In this document: positions 31,217 to 40,958 of the stretch, piece after piece
Numbering within the stretch: the stretch's first letter is position 1
Layout: each line of letters starts with the position of its first letter
Source of the DNA: an uncultured delta proteobacterium
GTDB lineage: Bacteria; Myxococcota; Myxococcia; SLRQ01
Direction: 5' to 3'
Length of the DNA stretch: 64,000 bases
Assembly (NCBI GenBank): GCA_963727485.1
Contig: CAVSGM010000003.1
Coordinates: 384,001-448,000, forward strand
The notes under the pieces: model-generated
What the model saw: only the letters and a program-made list of their open reading frames with translations
What the model was told of the DNA's origin: nothing
The model's database searches: none
Made by a program: the position numbers and the translations under genes

Positions 31217-32590
31217 ATGACACGCACCCGGATCCCGTTCCTCGTCCCTGTCTGCGCCCTGCTCGTCGCGGCGGGCTGTGCCACCACCCAGTCCCAGGGT
31301 CCCTCGGGCGCCGAGGCCGTCACAGCCAAGGCCAAGGGGCCCACCCAGAGCTTCAAGTTCGATTGGCCCAAGGAGGCCAAGATGAAGCTCACGGTCCACC
31401 GCACCCAGACCACCGAGGGTGGCGGCAAGACCAACACCTGGGACGGCACCAGCGCCATGCTCCTCACCGCCGAGCACCAGCCGGGCGGCGGGATGGTCGT
31501 GCACGCCACCGATCAGGCCTTCGAGGGCAACCCCAAGGCGCCCTTCCCCGAGCTCCTGGCCCGGGTGGCCACCACCACCATCCCCACCCTGGTGATCAGC
31601 CCCGCCGGGGACCTCGACCGGGTCGACGGGGTCCACAAGATCCTCGACATCTACGCCAGCGCGGCCGGCATCGACCTCTCCAAGGTCCCCGCGGCCCAGA
31701 TGCAGCAGATTGACGCTGCGGTGCAGAAGGCCATGCACTCCACCGCCTCGGACCTGTGGAACAACATGGTGGCCTTCTGGGCCGGGCGGACCGCGCCGGT
31801 GGGCCAGAAGATCACCAAGAAGAACCTGGTGCCCATCCCCGCCCTCGGGGGCGGCCGGGTGACCATGAACCTCGACTACCAGGTGGTGGGCAAGGTGCCC
31901 TGCGTCGCCGGCGAGACCAAGCCCGACTGCGTGCAGGTCGAGCTCGACAGCCACCCCGACGCCACCGAGGTCCACAAGCTCCTCGACCAGCAGCTCAAGC
32001 AGGCCGAGGCCCAGGCGGCCGCCGAGGCCAAGGCGGCGGCGGACGCGGCGGCGAAGGCCAAGGCCGATGCCGAGGCCGCCGGCGCCGCGACCACCGAGGG
32101 GACCCCCAAGGCCGGCGCCGACCAGGCGAAGGCGGCCGCGGACAACGCCAAGGCGGCCGCGGACAACGCCAAGGCCGGGGCCGATCAGGCCGCCGGGGCC
32201 GCGGCGGGCGCCGCCGCCGAGCCCGCCAAGCCCACGCTCACCAAGCCGGTGATGGTCGGCCTCTCGAACACGGTGCACATCGTGCTCATCACCGACCCCC
32301 AGACCCTCCTGCCCTACACCCTGGTGAAGACCCGCGACACCGAGGTCACCACCCGGATGCCCACCGGCCAGGACGAGGTCCAGAAGCAGCACGAGAAGAT
32401 CACCTACACCTTCGCCCACGGCGCGGCGGCGGTGGCCCCCAAGCCCATGGTGGCGCCCGCCCCCAAGACCCCGGCGCCGCCGGCGGACGGGGCGGCCAAG
32501 CCCGCTGACGGCACGGCCAAGCCCGCTGACGGCGCCTCCGCACCCAGCGGCGCCGCGGCGAAGCAGCCCGCCACCGGCTCGAAGTCCTAG
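31217..32590 (+). CDS. Lipoprotein with an Ala/Lys-rich low-complexity insertion and tail
   Basis: Lipobox AAGC; tandem KAAADNA and AKPADG repeats. Confidence 0.75.
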   Translation: MTRTRIPFLVPVCALLVAAGCATTQSQGPSGAEAVTAKAKGPTQSFKFDWPKEAKMKLTVHRTQTTEGGGKTNTWDGTSAMLLTAEHQPGGGMVVHATDQAFEGNPKAPFPELLARVATTTIPTLVISPAGDLDRVDGVHKILDIYASAAGIDLSKVPAAQMQQIDAAVQKAMHSTASDLWNNMVAFWAGRTAPVGQKITKKNLVPIPALGGGRVTMNLDYQVVGKVPCVAGETKPDCVQVELDSHPDATEVHKLLDQQLKQAEAQAAAEAKAAADAAAKAKADAEAAGAATTEGTPKAGADQAKAAADNAKAAADNAKAGADQAAGAAAGAAAEPAKPTLTKPVMVGLSNTVHIVLITDPQTLLPYTLVKTRDTEVTTRMPTGQDEVQKQHEKITYTFAHGAAAVAPKPMVAPAPKTPAPPADGAAKPADGTAKPADGASAPSGAAAKQPATGSKS

Positions 32591-32598
32591 GCGAGCCG

Positions 32599-33867
32599 TT
32601 GCGGGGTGCCCCGGTCGATTTGACGGCGTTCCGGCCCGTGCCCCGGACCGGGGTCATCTTCGTCACCACCGAGGCGGCGGCCGCCGGGTTCACCCCCGGT
32701 GACCCCGCCTGGGCCAACCTGGGCCAGGGGATGCCCGAGACCGGCCCCCTGCCCGGGGCCCCGCCGCGCCTCGCGCACCTCGAGGTCGCCGAGGCGGACC
32801 TGGAGTACGCCCCGGTCGCCGGGATCCCCGAGCTCCGGGAGGCCGTCGCCAGCCTCTACAACCACCTCTACCGGCGGGGGATGCCCTCCCAGTACGGGCC
32901 GGAGAACGTGGCCATCGCCGGGGGCGGCCGGGCGGCGCTGACCCGGGCGGTGGCGGCGCTCGGCCAGGTGAACCTCGGGCACTTCCTCCCCGACTACACC
33001 GCCTACGAGGAGCTCCTCGACCTCTTCCGGAGCTTCACCCCCATCCCCATCCTCCTCGACCCGGGGCAGGGCTACGCCTTCCCGGTGGACAGCCTCCGCA
33101 AGGAGATCCTGGGGATGGGCCTGGGGGCGATCCTGCTCTCGAACCCCTGCAACCCCACGGGGAAGGTGATCCGCGGCGAGGAGCTCGCCGGGTGGGTGGC
33201 GGCGGCGCGCGAGCTCGACTGCGCGCTGGTCCTCGACGAGTTCTACAGCCACTACATCTGGACCGGCAACGGCGACGCCCCGGCGGCGCCGGTGAGCGCC
33301 GCGGCCCATGTCGAGGACGTGGAGCAGGACCCGGTGATCGTCGTCGGCGGCCTCACCAAGGACTGGCGCTACCCGGGGCTGCGGGTGAGCTGGGCGCTGG
33401 GGCCGTCCACGGTGGTCGAGGCCATGGCCAGCGCCGGGAGCTTCCTCGACGGCGGCGGCGCCCGGCCCCTGCAGCGCGCCGCCTTGGGGCTGGTGACCCC
33501 GGAGCACGTCGCCGCCGAGCACGCGGCGCTCCACCAGGCGTTTGGCGCCAAGCGCACCCTGATGCTCGAGGGTCTCGAGCGCCTGGGCATCACCGTCGAC
33601 CGCTACCCCGAGGGCACCTTCTACGTCTGGGGGAACCTCGCGGGGCTCCCCGGCGAGCTCTCCGACGGCATGACCTTCTTCCGGGCGGCCCTCGCGGAGA
33701 AGGTCATCGTGGTCCCCGGGGAGTTCTTCGACGTGAACCCCGGCCGCCGGCGCCCCGGGCGGGCGAGCCGGTTCCGCAGCCACGTGCGCTTCTCCTTCGG
33801 CCCCGACGAGGCGCAGGTGCGCCGGGGGCTCGAGGGGCTGGCCCGCGCCGTGGGCCGCGCCGGCTAG
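32599..33867 (+). CDS. PLP-dependent aminotransferase class I/II
   Basis: NLGQGMPE, SNPCNPTG, DEFY, GLTKDWRYPGLRV (PLP Lys). Confidence 0.88.
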   Translation: MRGAPVDLTAFRPVPRTGVIFVTTEAAAAGFTPGDPAWANLGQGMPETGPLPGAPPRLAHLEVAEADLEYAPVAGIPELREAVASLYNHLYRRGMPSQYGPENVAIAGGGRAALTRAVAALGQVNLGHFLPDYTAYEELLDLFRSFTPIPILLDPGQGYAFPVDSLRKEILGMGLGAILLSNPCNPTGKVIRGEELAGWVAAARELDCALVLDEFYSHYIWTGNGDAPAAPVSAAAHVEDVEQDPVIVVGGLTKDWRYPGLRVSWALGPSTVVEAMASAGSFLDGGGARPLQRAALGLVTPEHVAAEHAALHQAFGAKRTLMLEGLERLGITVDRYPEGTFYVWGNLAGLPGELSDGMTFFRAALAEKVIVVPGEFFDVNPGRRRPGRASRFRSHVRFSFGPDEAQVRRGLEGLARAVGRAG

Positions 33868-35231
33868 CGGCCCGGCGTGGGCGCGCCGTCGGCCCGGGCG
33901 CCGGGGAGGCTCCGCAGCGCGTCGATCTCCCGGCCGAGGACCCGCTCCATCGCCGGGTCGTAGCCCGTGTGCCGGTAGCGGATGCGCCCCTCGGGCCCGA
34001 TCACCAGCACCGTGGGGATGGCGTCGAGGTGGAGGGCCTGGGCGCCGGCGTCGCCGGCGAGGTGGCCCATGGGCACCGTGGTCCCCCGCTTGTGGAGGAA
34101 GCGCCGGACCACGGTGAGATCATCGTCCACCGAGACCCCGAGGAAGCGCACCCCCTCGCCCCGGTAGTGGGCGAAGAGGGACTCCATGTGGGGGAGCTCG
34201 GCGAGACACGGCCGGCACCAGGTGGCCCAGAACCACACCACCGCCACGTGCCCCTGGGCCAGCTGACGGGTGTCGATGGGCTGGCCCTCGAGGGTGGTGG
34301 CGGCGAAGGTCGGCAGGGGCTGGCTCTGGGCGTGGTGAAGTACCTGGAGGCGCGCGGCCTGCCGCTCGGCGGCCTGGTCCTCGGCCGAGGCCTTCCGCGC
34401 GGCGTCGAGGAGCCGGTCCACGTCGACCCGGCCCCGGAGCTTCTCCAAGGCCGCCTTGGCGGGCTTCGCCCCGTCGCCCCCGAGGGCCACCGCCCGGGCG
34501 AGGTGCTCGGCCGCCTTCTCCACGTGCCCCTGCTTCAGGAGCGCCTCGCCGAGGTGGTAGTGGACCTCGGAGGCGTCGAGGAGGGCCACCGCCCGGGTCA
34601 GGTCCTTCACCGCGTCGTCGGTCTCCCCGAGCTTGAGGAGCACCCACCCCTCGGTGTCGAGGTAGGCGCCCCGGCGGGAGCGCAGGGCCTTCGCCCGCCG
34701 CTCGCTCCCCTGGCCGGCCCCCTGGCTCTCGAGGTGGTCGAGGATTTGGAGCGCCTGGTCGACCCGGACGTAGGCCTCGGTGAGGTGGGTCCCCGCCTCG
34801 CCGTAGGCGTAGGCCATGGCGTTGAGCATGTCCGCGGTGGGCAGGTCGTCACCGAGCGGCACGTCCCGGGCCACCTTGGCCATGGCCTCGAGGTTCCCGT
34901 CGTCGGCGTAGCCCTGGACCAGGATCCCGGCGACGAAGCCCCGGATCCCCGAGCCCGGGGGCAGCTGGGGGTAGACCTCGGCGAGGAGGGCGACCCGGTG
35001 CGCGGGGTCGTTGGTGCGCAGGGCCTCGTCGAGCTTGGCCTTGATCTCGCCCACGGTCATCGGGCGGGAGGCGGGGGTGGCGGCCCCGGTGTCGCCGGGG
35101 GCCTTGGCCTCGGCCTTCGCCTCTGCCGGCGGGGTGGGGCGGGGCGCGGCGGTGGCGCACCCGGCGAGGAGGAGCAGGACCGCGCTAGCGGCCGCCGCGA
35201 AGCTTGGAGATCTCGTCGAGGATGGCGTCAC
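33864..35231 (-). CDS. Lipoprotein with TPR repeats and a C-terminal TlpA-type thioredoxin
   Basis: Lipobox LAGC; YLDTEGWVLLKLG and YHLGE TPRs; FWATWCRPC and IPT cis-Pro loop. Confidence 0.85.
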   Translation of the reverse strand: MTPSSTRSPSFAAAASAVLLLLAGCATAAPRPTPPAEAKAEAKAPGDTGAATPASRPMTVGEIKAKLDEALRTNDPAHRVALLAEVYPQLPPGSGIRGFVAGILVQGYADDGNLEAMAKVARDVPLGDDLPTADMLNAMAYAYGEAGTHLTEAYVRVDQALQILDHLESQGAGQGSERRAKALRSRRGAYLDTEGWVLLKLGETDDAVKDLTRAVALLDASEVHYHLGEALLKQGHVEKAAEHLARAVALGGDGAKPAKAALEKLRGRVDVDRLLDAARKASAEDQAAERQAARLQVLHHAQSQPLPTFAATTLEGQPIDTRQLAQGHVAVVWFWATWCRPCLAELPHMESLFAHYRGEGVRFLGVSVDDDLTVVRRFLHKRGTTVPMGHLAGDAGAQALHLDAIPTVLVIGPEGRIRYRHTGYDPAMERVLGREIDALRSLPGARADGAPTPGR

Positions 35232-36333
35232 ACTCGGCCTCGGTGTTGTAGAAGTGCGGCGAGATGCGGATGCCGCTCTGGGGGCGGTAGTCGATGAGGA
35301 AGTCGCGCGCGATGAGGGCCTGGCTGACCGCCTCGGCGCCCTCGAAGTCCACGCAGATGGTCCCGCCCCGGGCGTGGTCCTCCACGGGGGTGTTCACCGT
35401 GAGCCCCTCGGCCCGCGCCCGCTCGAGGATGCGGCCGGTGAGGTGGAGGCTCCGGGCGCGGATCTTCTCCACGCCCACCTCGGCGATGATCTCGTAGCCG
35501 CTCCGGGCGCTGTAGAGCGCCGGCACCGAGGGCGAGCCGCCCATGAACCGGTGGATGTCGTCGGCGTAGTCGATCTCGCCCATCTCGAAGGCGAAGGGCC
35601 GCTTGTGGGAGAACCACCCGGTCATCGCGGGCTTGAGCTCCTCGATGTGGTCGGGGCGCACGTAGAGGTAGCATGCGCCGGGGCCCCCGCAGAGCCACTT
35701 CACCGAGCCGCCGACGCAGAAGTCCACGCCGAGCTCGGTGACGTCGAAGGGCACCGACCCGGTGGCCTGGTAGCTGTCCATGCACACCATCGCCCCCACC
35801 GAGTGGGCCTTCTCGATGATCGCCGCCATGTCCTGGACGGCGGCGCTGCGGAAGAGCACGTGGCTGATGGGGACGATCAGCGTCTCCTCGTCGATGGCGT
35901 CGAGGAGCTTCCCGGTGGGCGGGTGGATGCCGTCGTCGCTTGGGACCATCTCCACCCGGGCGCCGTGCTTGCGGTGCTCGAGCCACACGTAGGCCACCGA
36001 GGGGAAGTTGAGGTCGGTGAACACCACCTTGTTGCGCGTGCCCGCGAAGTCGAAGCACGAGGCGAGGATCGCCTGCAGGGTGGACACGTTCTGGTGCATC
36101 ATCACCGTGCCCTTGGGGGCGCCGATGATCTGGCCGATGAGGTCGGCGGTCTCGGTGACCCGGGGCAGCCACTTGTGCCAGGCCTCGACGCCCTCGTGGT
36201 CCCAGTCGTCGGCGAACTCGGTGAGGCGGTCACGCACCTTGCGGGGCATGGCGCCCAGCGAGTTGTTGATGAGGTAGACCTTGCGCTCGAGGATGGGAAA
36301 CTCGGCGCGCCACGCGAGGAGCTCGTCGTGCAT
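35185..36333 (-). CDS. kynU: Kynureninase-like class V PLP enzyme
   Basis: [39 protein letters not shown]...IRISP; TDO-like gene nearby. Confidence 0.75.
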   Translation of the reverse strand: MHDELLAWRAEFPILERKVYLINNSLGAMPRKVRDRLTEFADDWDHEGVEAWHKWLPRVTETADLIGQIIGAPKGTVMMHQNVSTLQAILASCFDFAGTRNKVVFTDLNFPSVAYVWLEHRKHGARVEMVPSDDGIHPPTGKLLDAIDEETLIVPISHVLFRSAAVQDMAAIIEKAHSVGAMVCMDSYQATGSVPFDVTELGVDFCVGGSVKWLCGGPGACYLYVRPDHIEELKPAMTGWFSHKRPFAFEMGEIDYADDIHRFMGGSPSVPALYSARSGYEIIAEVGVEKIRARSLHLTGRILERARAEGLTVNTPVEDHARGGTICVDFEGAEAVSQALIARDFLIDYRPQSGIRISPHFYNTEAECDAILDEISKLRGGR

Positions 36334-36483
36334 GGGCTTTCGTACCATGGGCGGCCGGACCCGGTCACCCGCCCGGCGGTTGCGTCCCCCCGGAGGCCAC
36401 CCCAACGTGCGGACCCACCCCGAAGCACCCCGCCGCGCCCGCCGCCATGGTCAAGGCGGCCGGCGCTGGGGTAGAAGGTCGCC

Positions 36484-38482
36484 ATGCCCAAGGCCTCCGA
36501 CATCGACCAGCTCGCCGTCGACACCGTGCGCACCCTCGCCATGGACGCGGTCCAGAAGGCGAACTCCGGGCACCCGGGGACCCCCATGGCCCTGGCGCCG
36601 CTGGGGTGGATGCTCTTCCGCAAGCTGCGCCGCCACGACCCGGCCCACCCCGAGTGGGCCGACCGCGATCGCTTCGTCCTCTCGGCGGGCCACGCCTGCA
36701 TGCTCCAGTACGCCCTGCTCCACCTCACCGGCTACGACGTGTCCCTCGACGACCTCGAGCACTTCCGCCAGTGGGGCGCCAAGACCCCGGGCCACCCGGA
36801 GTACGGCCACACCCCGGGCGATCGAGGCGACCACCGGGCCGCTCGGCCAGGGGATCAGCATGGCGGTGGGCATGGCCATGGCCGAGCGGCACCTCGCCCG
36901 GCGCTTCAACCGCCCGGGCCACGCCCTCTTCGACCACCACACCTTCGTCATCGCCTCCGACGGCGACCTGATGGAGGGGGTGAGCAACGAGGCCTCCTCC
37001 ATCGCCGGGCACCTGAAGCTCGGCAAGCTCGTCGTCTTCTGGGACGACAACCACATCACCATCGACGGCCACACCGACATCTCCTTCACCGAGGACGTGG
37101 TCGCCCGCTACGCGGCGCTGGGCTGGCACACCCAGAGCGTCGACGACGGCCGGGACCTCGGCGCCCTCGAGGCGGCGGCGAAGGCGGCGATGGCCGACGA
37201 CCGGCCGAGCTTCATCCGGGTGCGCACCACCATCGGCTGGCCGGCGCCCCACAAGCAGGACACCCCGGGGGCCCACGGCTCGCCGCTGGGCGAGGACGAG
37301 GTGAGGGCCACCAAGGAGATCCTCGGCTGGGATCCCGACCAGCACTTCGTGGTGCCCGAGAAGCTCGGCGCCGAGCGCGAGGCGGTCCTCGCGGCGGGCC
37401 GCGAGCACTACGCCGACTGGGAGGCGCGCCTCGCCGCCTGGCGCGAGGGCGCCGGGGAGCTCGCCGCCGACCTCGACCGGGTCCTCGAGGGCCGGCTCCC
37501 GGAGGGCTGGGATGCCGGTCTGCCCACCTTCGACGCCGACCCCAAGGGCGTCGCCAGCCGCGCCGCCGGCCACCAGGTCCTCAACGCCCTGGGCCAGCGC
37601 CTCCCCGAGCTCGTCGGTGGCTCCGCGGATCTCGCCGCGTCCAACAAGACGAAGATCGACGGCGCCGCCGAGTTCGCCCCCGACGGCGAGGGGCTGCCCC
37701 GGGTGGTCCATTTCGGCATCCGCGAGCACGCCATGGGCGCCATCTTGAACGGCATGGCGCTGCACGGCGGGGTGACGCCCTTCGGCGCCACCTTCTTCGT
37801 GTTCACCGACTACATGCGCCCGGCGATCCGCATGGCCGCGCTCCAGAAGCTCCCGGTGCGCTACGTGTGGACCCACGACTCCATCGGCCTCGGCGAGGAC
37901 GGGCCCACCCACCAGCCCGTCGAGCACCTGGCCTCGCTCCGGGCGATGCCGGGGATGACGCTGTTGCGCCCGGCCGACGCCAACGAGACCCGGGAGGCGT
38001 GGATCGCCGCGATGCGCCGGGCGGGCCCCGCGGGCCTGGTGCTCTCGCGCCAGAACCTCCCCACCCTCGACCGGTCGCGCTACGCCGCCGCCGACGGGGT
38101 CCACCGGGGCGCCTACGTCCTCGAGGGCGACGACCCCGAGCTCATCCTCCTGGCCACCGGCAGCGAGGTCCACCTCGCCGTCGCCGCCCACGAGCAGCTC
38201 CTGAAGGACGGGGTGCGCAGCCGGGTGGTCAGCGTGCCCTCCTTCGCCCTCTTCCTGGAGCAGGACCAGGCGTACCAGGACCAGGTGCTGCCGCCGGCGG
38301 TGACGAAGCGGGTGGTGGTCGAGGCCGGGACCCGCTTCGGCTGGGAGCGGCTCGCCGGGAGCGAGGCCGGCTACGTGACCCTCGACCACTTCGGGGCCTC
38401 GGCGCCGGCGGGGGAGCTCTTCGCCCACTTCGGCTTCACCGTCGACCACGTGGTCGAGGTGGCCCGGGGGCTGCTGAAGTAG
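36484..38482 (+). CDS. tkt: Transketolase; frameshift near 36819-36820
   Basis: [24 protein letters not shown], then in a shifted frame [38 protein letters not shown]. Confidence 0.95.
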
Positions 38483-39185
38483 GTGCGGCGCCGGGATTGG
38501 CGGCCCGTCCGGCTGAGGACTCCGGCCGCCACTCCCGGGTCAGCACGTTGATCACCCGCCACAGCTCCGGGAACATCTCCTCCACCGTCCCGTGGATGAG
38601 CTGGTGGGCGGGCACGTCCTTGAGGCTCTTCACGTCGGCGCCGATGATCCGGCGCACCAGGCTGAAGTGCACCGCCCGGAACTTCTGGAAGGCGCTGTCG
38701 AGCTCCATGAGCCCCTGGGCCAGCTGGTAGAGGTCCTCGTGGACCTCGGGGGTGCGGAAGAGCTCGGCGAGGCTCACCCCCCGCGCCGTCCGGGCGGTCT
38801 CGAAGGGCGGCCAGAGGAGCTCCGCGGCGTGGTCGAGGATCCAGTTGAACCCCGGCGAGTCCTGGCCCGAGCCGTGGCCGAGCCCCAGGCGGATGGGGTG
38901 GTAGTCCGCCGGGTCCATGCGCTCCAGGGGCCGGAGCTGGTGGCCGCAGATCCCCAGGATGTCCCCGCCGCGCTCCAGGAGCCGCGCCGCCTGGTGGAGC
39001 CGCCCGTCCGCCACCAGCGCCGGCACCCGGCGCAGGTCGTGGGCCAGGACCTTGAGCCACAGCTCCATGGCCTGGTGGGTGACCTGGAAGAGCAGCTCCT
39101 CCGGGTTGTTGAGGTCGGCCTCGTCCTTCTGGAGGGCCAGGAGCGCGTCGGTGCCGATGTAGGCCTCGTACTCGGTCTTCGCCAT
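38436..39185 (-). CDS. Tryptophan 2,3-dioxygenase family heme enzyme (atypical loop)
   Basis: Y..Y....[46 protein letters not shown]. Confidence 0.82.
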   Translation of the reverse strand: MAKTEYEAYIGTDALLALQKDEADLNNPEELLFQVTHQAMELWLKVLAHDLRRVPALVADGRLHQAARLLERGGDILGICGHQLRPLERMDPADYHPIRLGLGHGSGQDSPGFNWILDHAAELLWPPFETARTARGVSLAELFRTPEVHEDLYQLAQGLMELDSAFQKFRAVHFSLVRRIIGADVKSLKDVPAHQLIHGTVEEMFPELWRVINVLTREWRPESSAGRAANPGAAPTSAAPGPPRPRGRR

Positions 39186-39288
39186 GGCGACGAGGTATCA
39201 CCCCCGGGGCCGCGGGGGTAGGCGCGGCGCGTCCAGATGCACCACGGGCCCGTCCGCGGGCGAGGCGGACGGGCCCGGGCGAAGGCGA

Positions 39289-40026
39289 TCAGTCGCCGTG
39301 GGCGGGGTGCACCGCGTGGCCGCGGTGGTCCTTGTCCTTCTTGGCGTCCTTCTTGGCCTTCTCGGCCTGGGCCTTGCTGGGCCTGGCCGGGTGCGCCGGG
39401 TGCGCGGCATGCGCCCCGTGGGCCGGCTGCGCCATCTGGTGCGACGGCAGGGGCCGGGTCGCGCGACGGGCCGGGGTCGGCCGCAGCGCCGGGTGCGCCG
39501 GGTGGGCGGGCATCGGCCGGGCGGCGGGACGGCCGGCGGGGCGGGCCTGGACGGCCGGGCCCGCGGGCTGCGCCGGGTGGCCGTAGGCGGGGTGGCCCTG
39601 GTTCACCGGGCGGCCCTGGTCGACCGGACGGCCCACCGGGCGGCCGGCGGGCCACGCCGGGTGCGAGGGATGGACCGGCTGGCCGAGGCGCCAGTAGTGC
39701 CCCTCACGCTGGAAGTCGGCGTCGAGGATCTGGCCGCCGGTGCTGGCGACCCACACCCGGAGGTGCTCGGTGACGAACGGCCGGGGGTGGGAGACCAGCA
39801 GCACCCGGTAGCGATCCGGACCCACCCGGGCCGCCTGGACGATGGACACCTGCCGCTGGCCGTGGCGCAGGCAGTAGTCCTGGGCGATCTGCCGCGCCTG
39901 GTAGAGGCTGATGGGCCGCTGGTAGGGCGGCATCGAGGTCGGGGGGACCGAGTGGTAGACGCAGCCGGCTCCGAAGAGGAGCACGGCGGCGGCGGCGGGC
40001 AGGGTCAGTCTGGCGAGTCGGGACAT
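39289..40026 (-). CDS. Lipoprotein with a PepSY-like N-domain and a Pro/His/Ala-rich tail
   Basis: GGAGG RBS; lipobox GAGC; ISLYQARQIA...TGGQIL; HPA repeats. Confidence 0.65.
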   Translation of the reverse strand: MSRLARLTLPAAAAVLLFGAGCVYHSVPPTSMPPYQRPISLYQARQIAQDYCLRHGQRQVSIVQAARVGPDRYRVLLVSHPRPFVTEHLRVWVASTGGQILDADFQREGHYWRLGQPVHPSHPAWPAGRPVGRPVDQGRPVNQGHPAYGHPAQPAGPAVQARPAGRPAARPMPAHPAHPALRPTPARRATRPLPSHQMAQPAHGAHAAHPAHPARPSKAQAEKAKKDAKKDKDHRGHAVHPAHGD

Positions 40027-40087
40027 GTCGGGCCTCCTGGCCGGTGGGTCGGACCGTCGGCAGGGACGACCGCCGGTCCGGGGATAT

Positions 40088-40888
40088 TCACGCAGTGAGC
40101 TCCAGGCGTCCGTCCGGGGTGAGCCCCTCGGGCCCGACCCGGAGCCGCGCCCCCAGGACCACCACCCCGGCCTCCCGGGCGTCGGCGAGGGCGTCGGCGA
40201 AGGTGGGATCGATGTCCCGGGCGGCCTCCAGGCGGTCGACGTCCCCGCGCTGGGCGATGAAGGCGACGGCGGCCCGGGTGCCCGCCCGGGCGAGGGCGGC
40301 GAGCTCGGCGAGGTGCCTCGCGCCCCGGGCGGTGACCGCGTCGGGGAAGCGGGCGAGGCTTCCGGCGGCGAGGGTCACCGACTTGCACTCCACCCAGGTG
40401 GGCGTGCCGTCCGGGGCCTCGAGGCGCCAGTCGAAGCGCGAGCGCCCCAGGCGCACCTCGGGGCGCCGGGCGGCGACCTCGCCCAGCTCCGGGAAGGCGC
40501 CCTGATCGAGGAGGAGCGGGAAGGCGTCGTTGGCCCGCGTCGTCACCGTGCCCACCCACGCCGAGGGCTCCCGCATGGCGACGCAGGTCCACAACAGCTT
40601 GCGCTTCCCCTCGGGGTAGGGCCCGTCGAGGAGGACCGCCCGGCCCGGGGCGGCGGTGCCGGTGAGGCGCCCGGGGTTCGGGAGGTGGGCCTCGACCACC
40701 TCGCCGGTGGCCTCGAGGCGGCACCGGGCGGCGAAGCGGTGGGGCCGCTCCAGGAAGGTCCCGGGCACCGGCGCGGACGCCACCCGGGTCAGGGGCAGGG
40801 ACCGCGGCGCGCTTGCCCCCCGGTCGGGGCGTCGTGGTCGGGGCGCAGGGATGGGCTCACGAAACCACAGGCCCGCGCCCGCGGGCAA
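40088..40888 (-). CDS. sfsA: SfsA family DNA/RNA nuclease (start uncertain; GTG 40783 possible)
   Basis: RPHRF, AHLPNPGR, SRFD, VECKSVTL, FPDAVTARG.RHL.EL, IDP.FA. Confidence 0.9.
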   Translation of the reverse strand: MPAGAGLWFREPIPAPRPRRPDRGASAPRSLPLTRVASAPVPGTFLERPHRFAARCRLEATGEVVEAHLPNPGRLTGTAAPGRAVLLDGPYPEGKRKLLWTCVAMREPSAWVGTVTTRANDAFPLLLDQGAFPELGEVAARRPEVRLGRSRFDWRLEAPDGTPTWVECKSVTLAAGSLARFPDAVTARGARHLAELAALARAGTRAAVAFIAQRGDVDRLEAARDIDPTFADALADAREAGVVVLGARLRVGPEGLTPDGRLELTA

Positions 40889-40958
40889 CCAGGGCAGGAC
40901 GCAGGAGGTGGGCGTCGCCGGTCAACTCCCGGCCGCCCCGGCCGATGGGAAGGGCAAG

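Noticed and set aside
28282..32419. Very long ORFs of 1075 aa and 1014 aa on the minus strand
   Set aside because: They are GC-rich shadow or chimeric frames. The real genes are the TPR protein, the rhomboid protease and the plus-strand lipoprotein.
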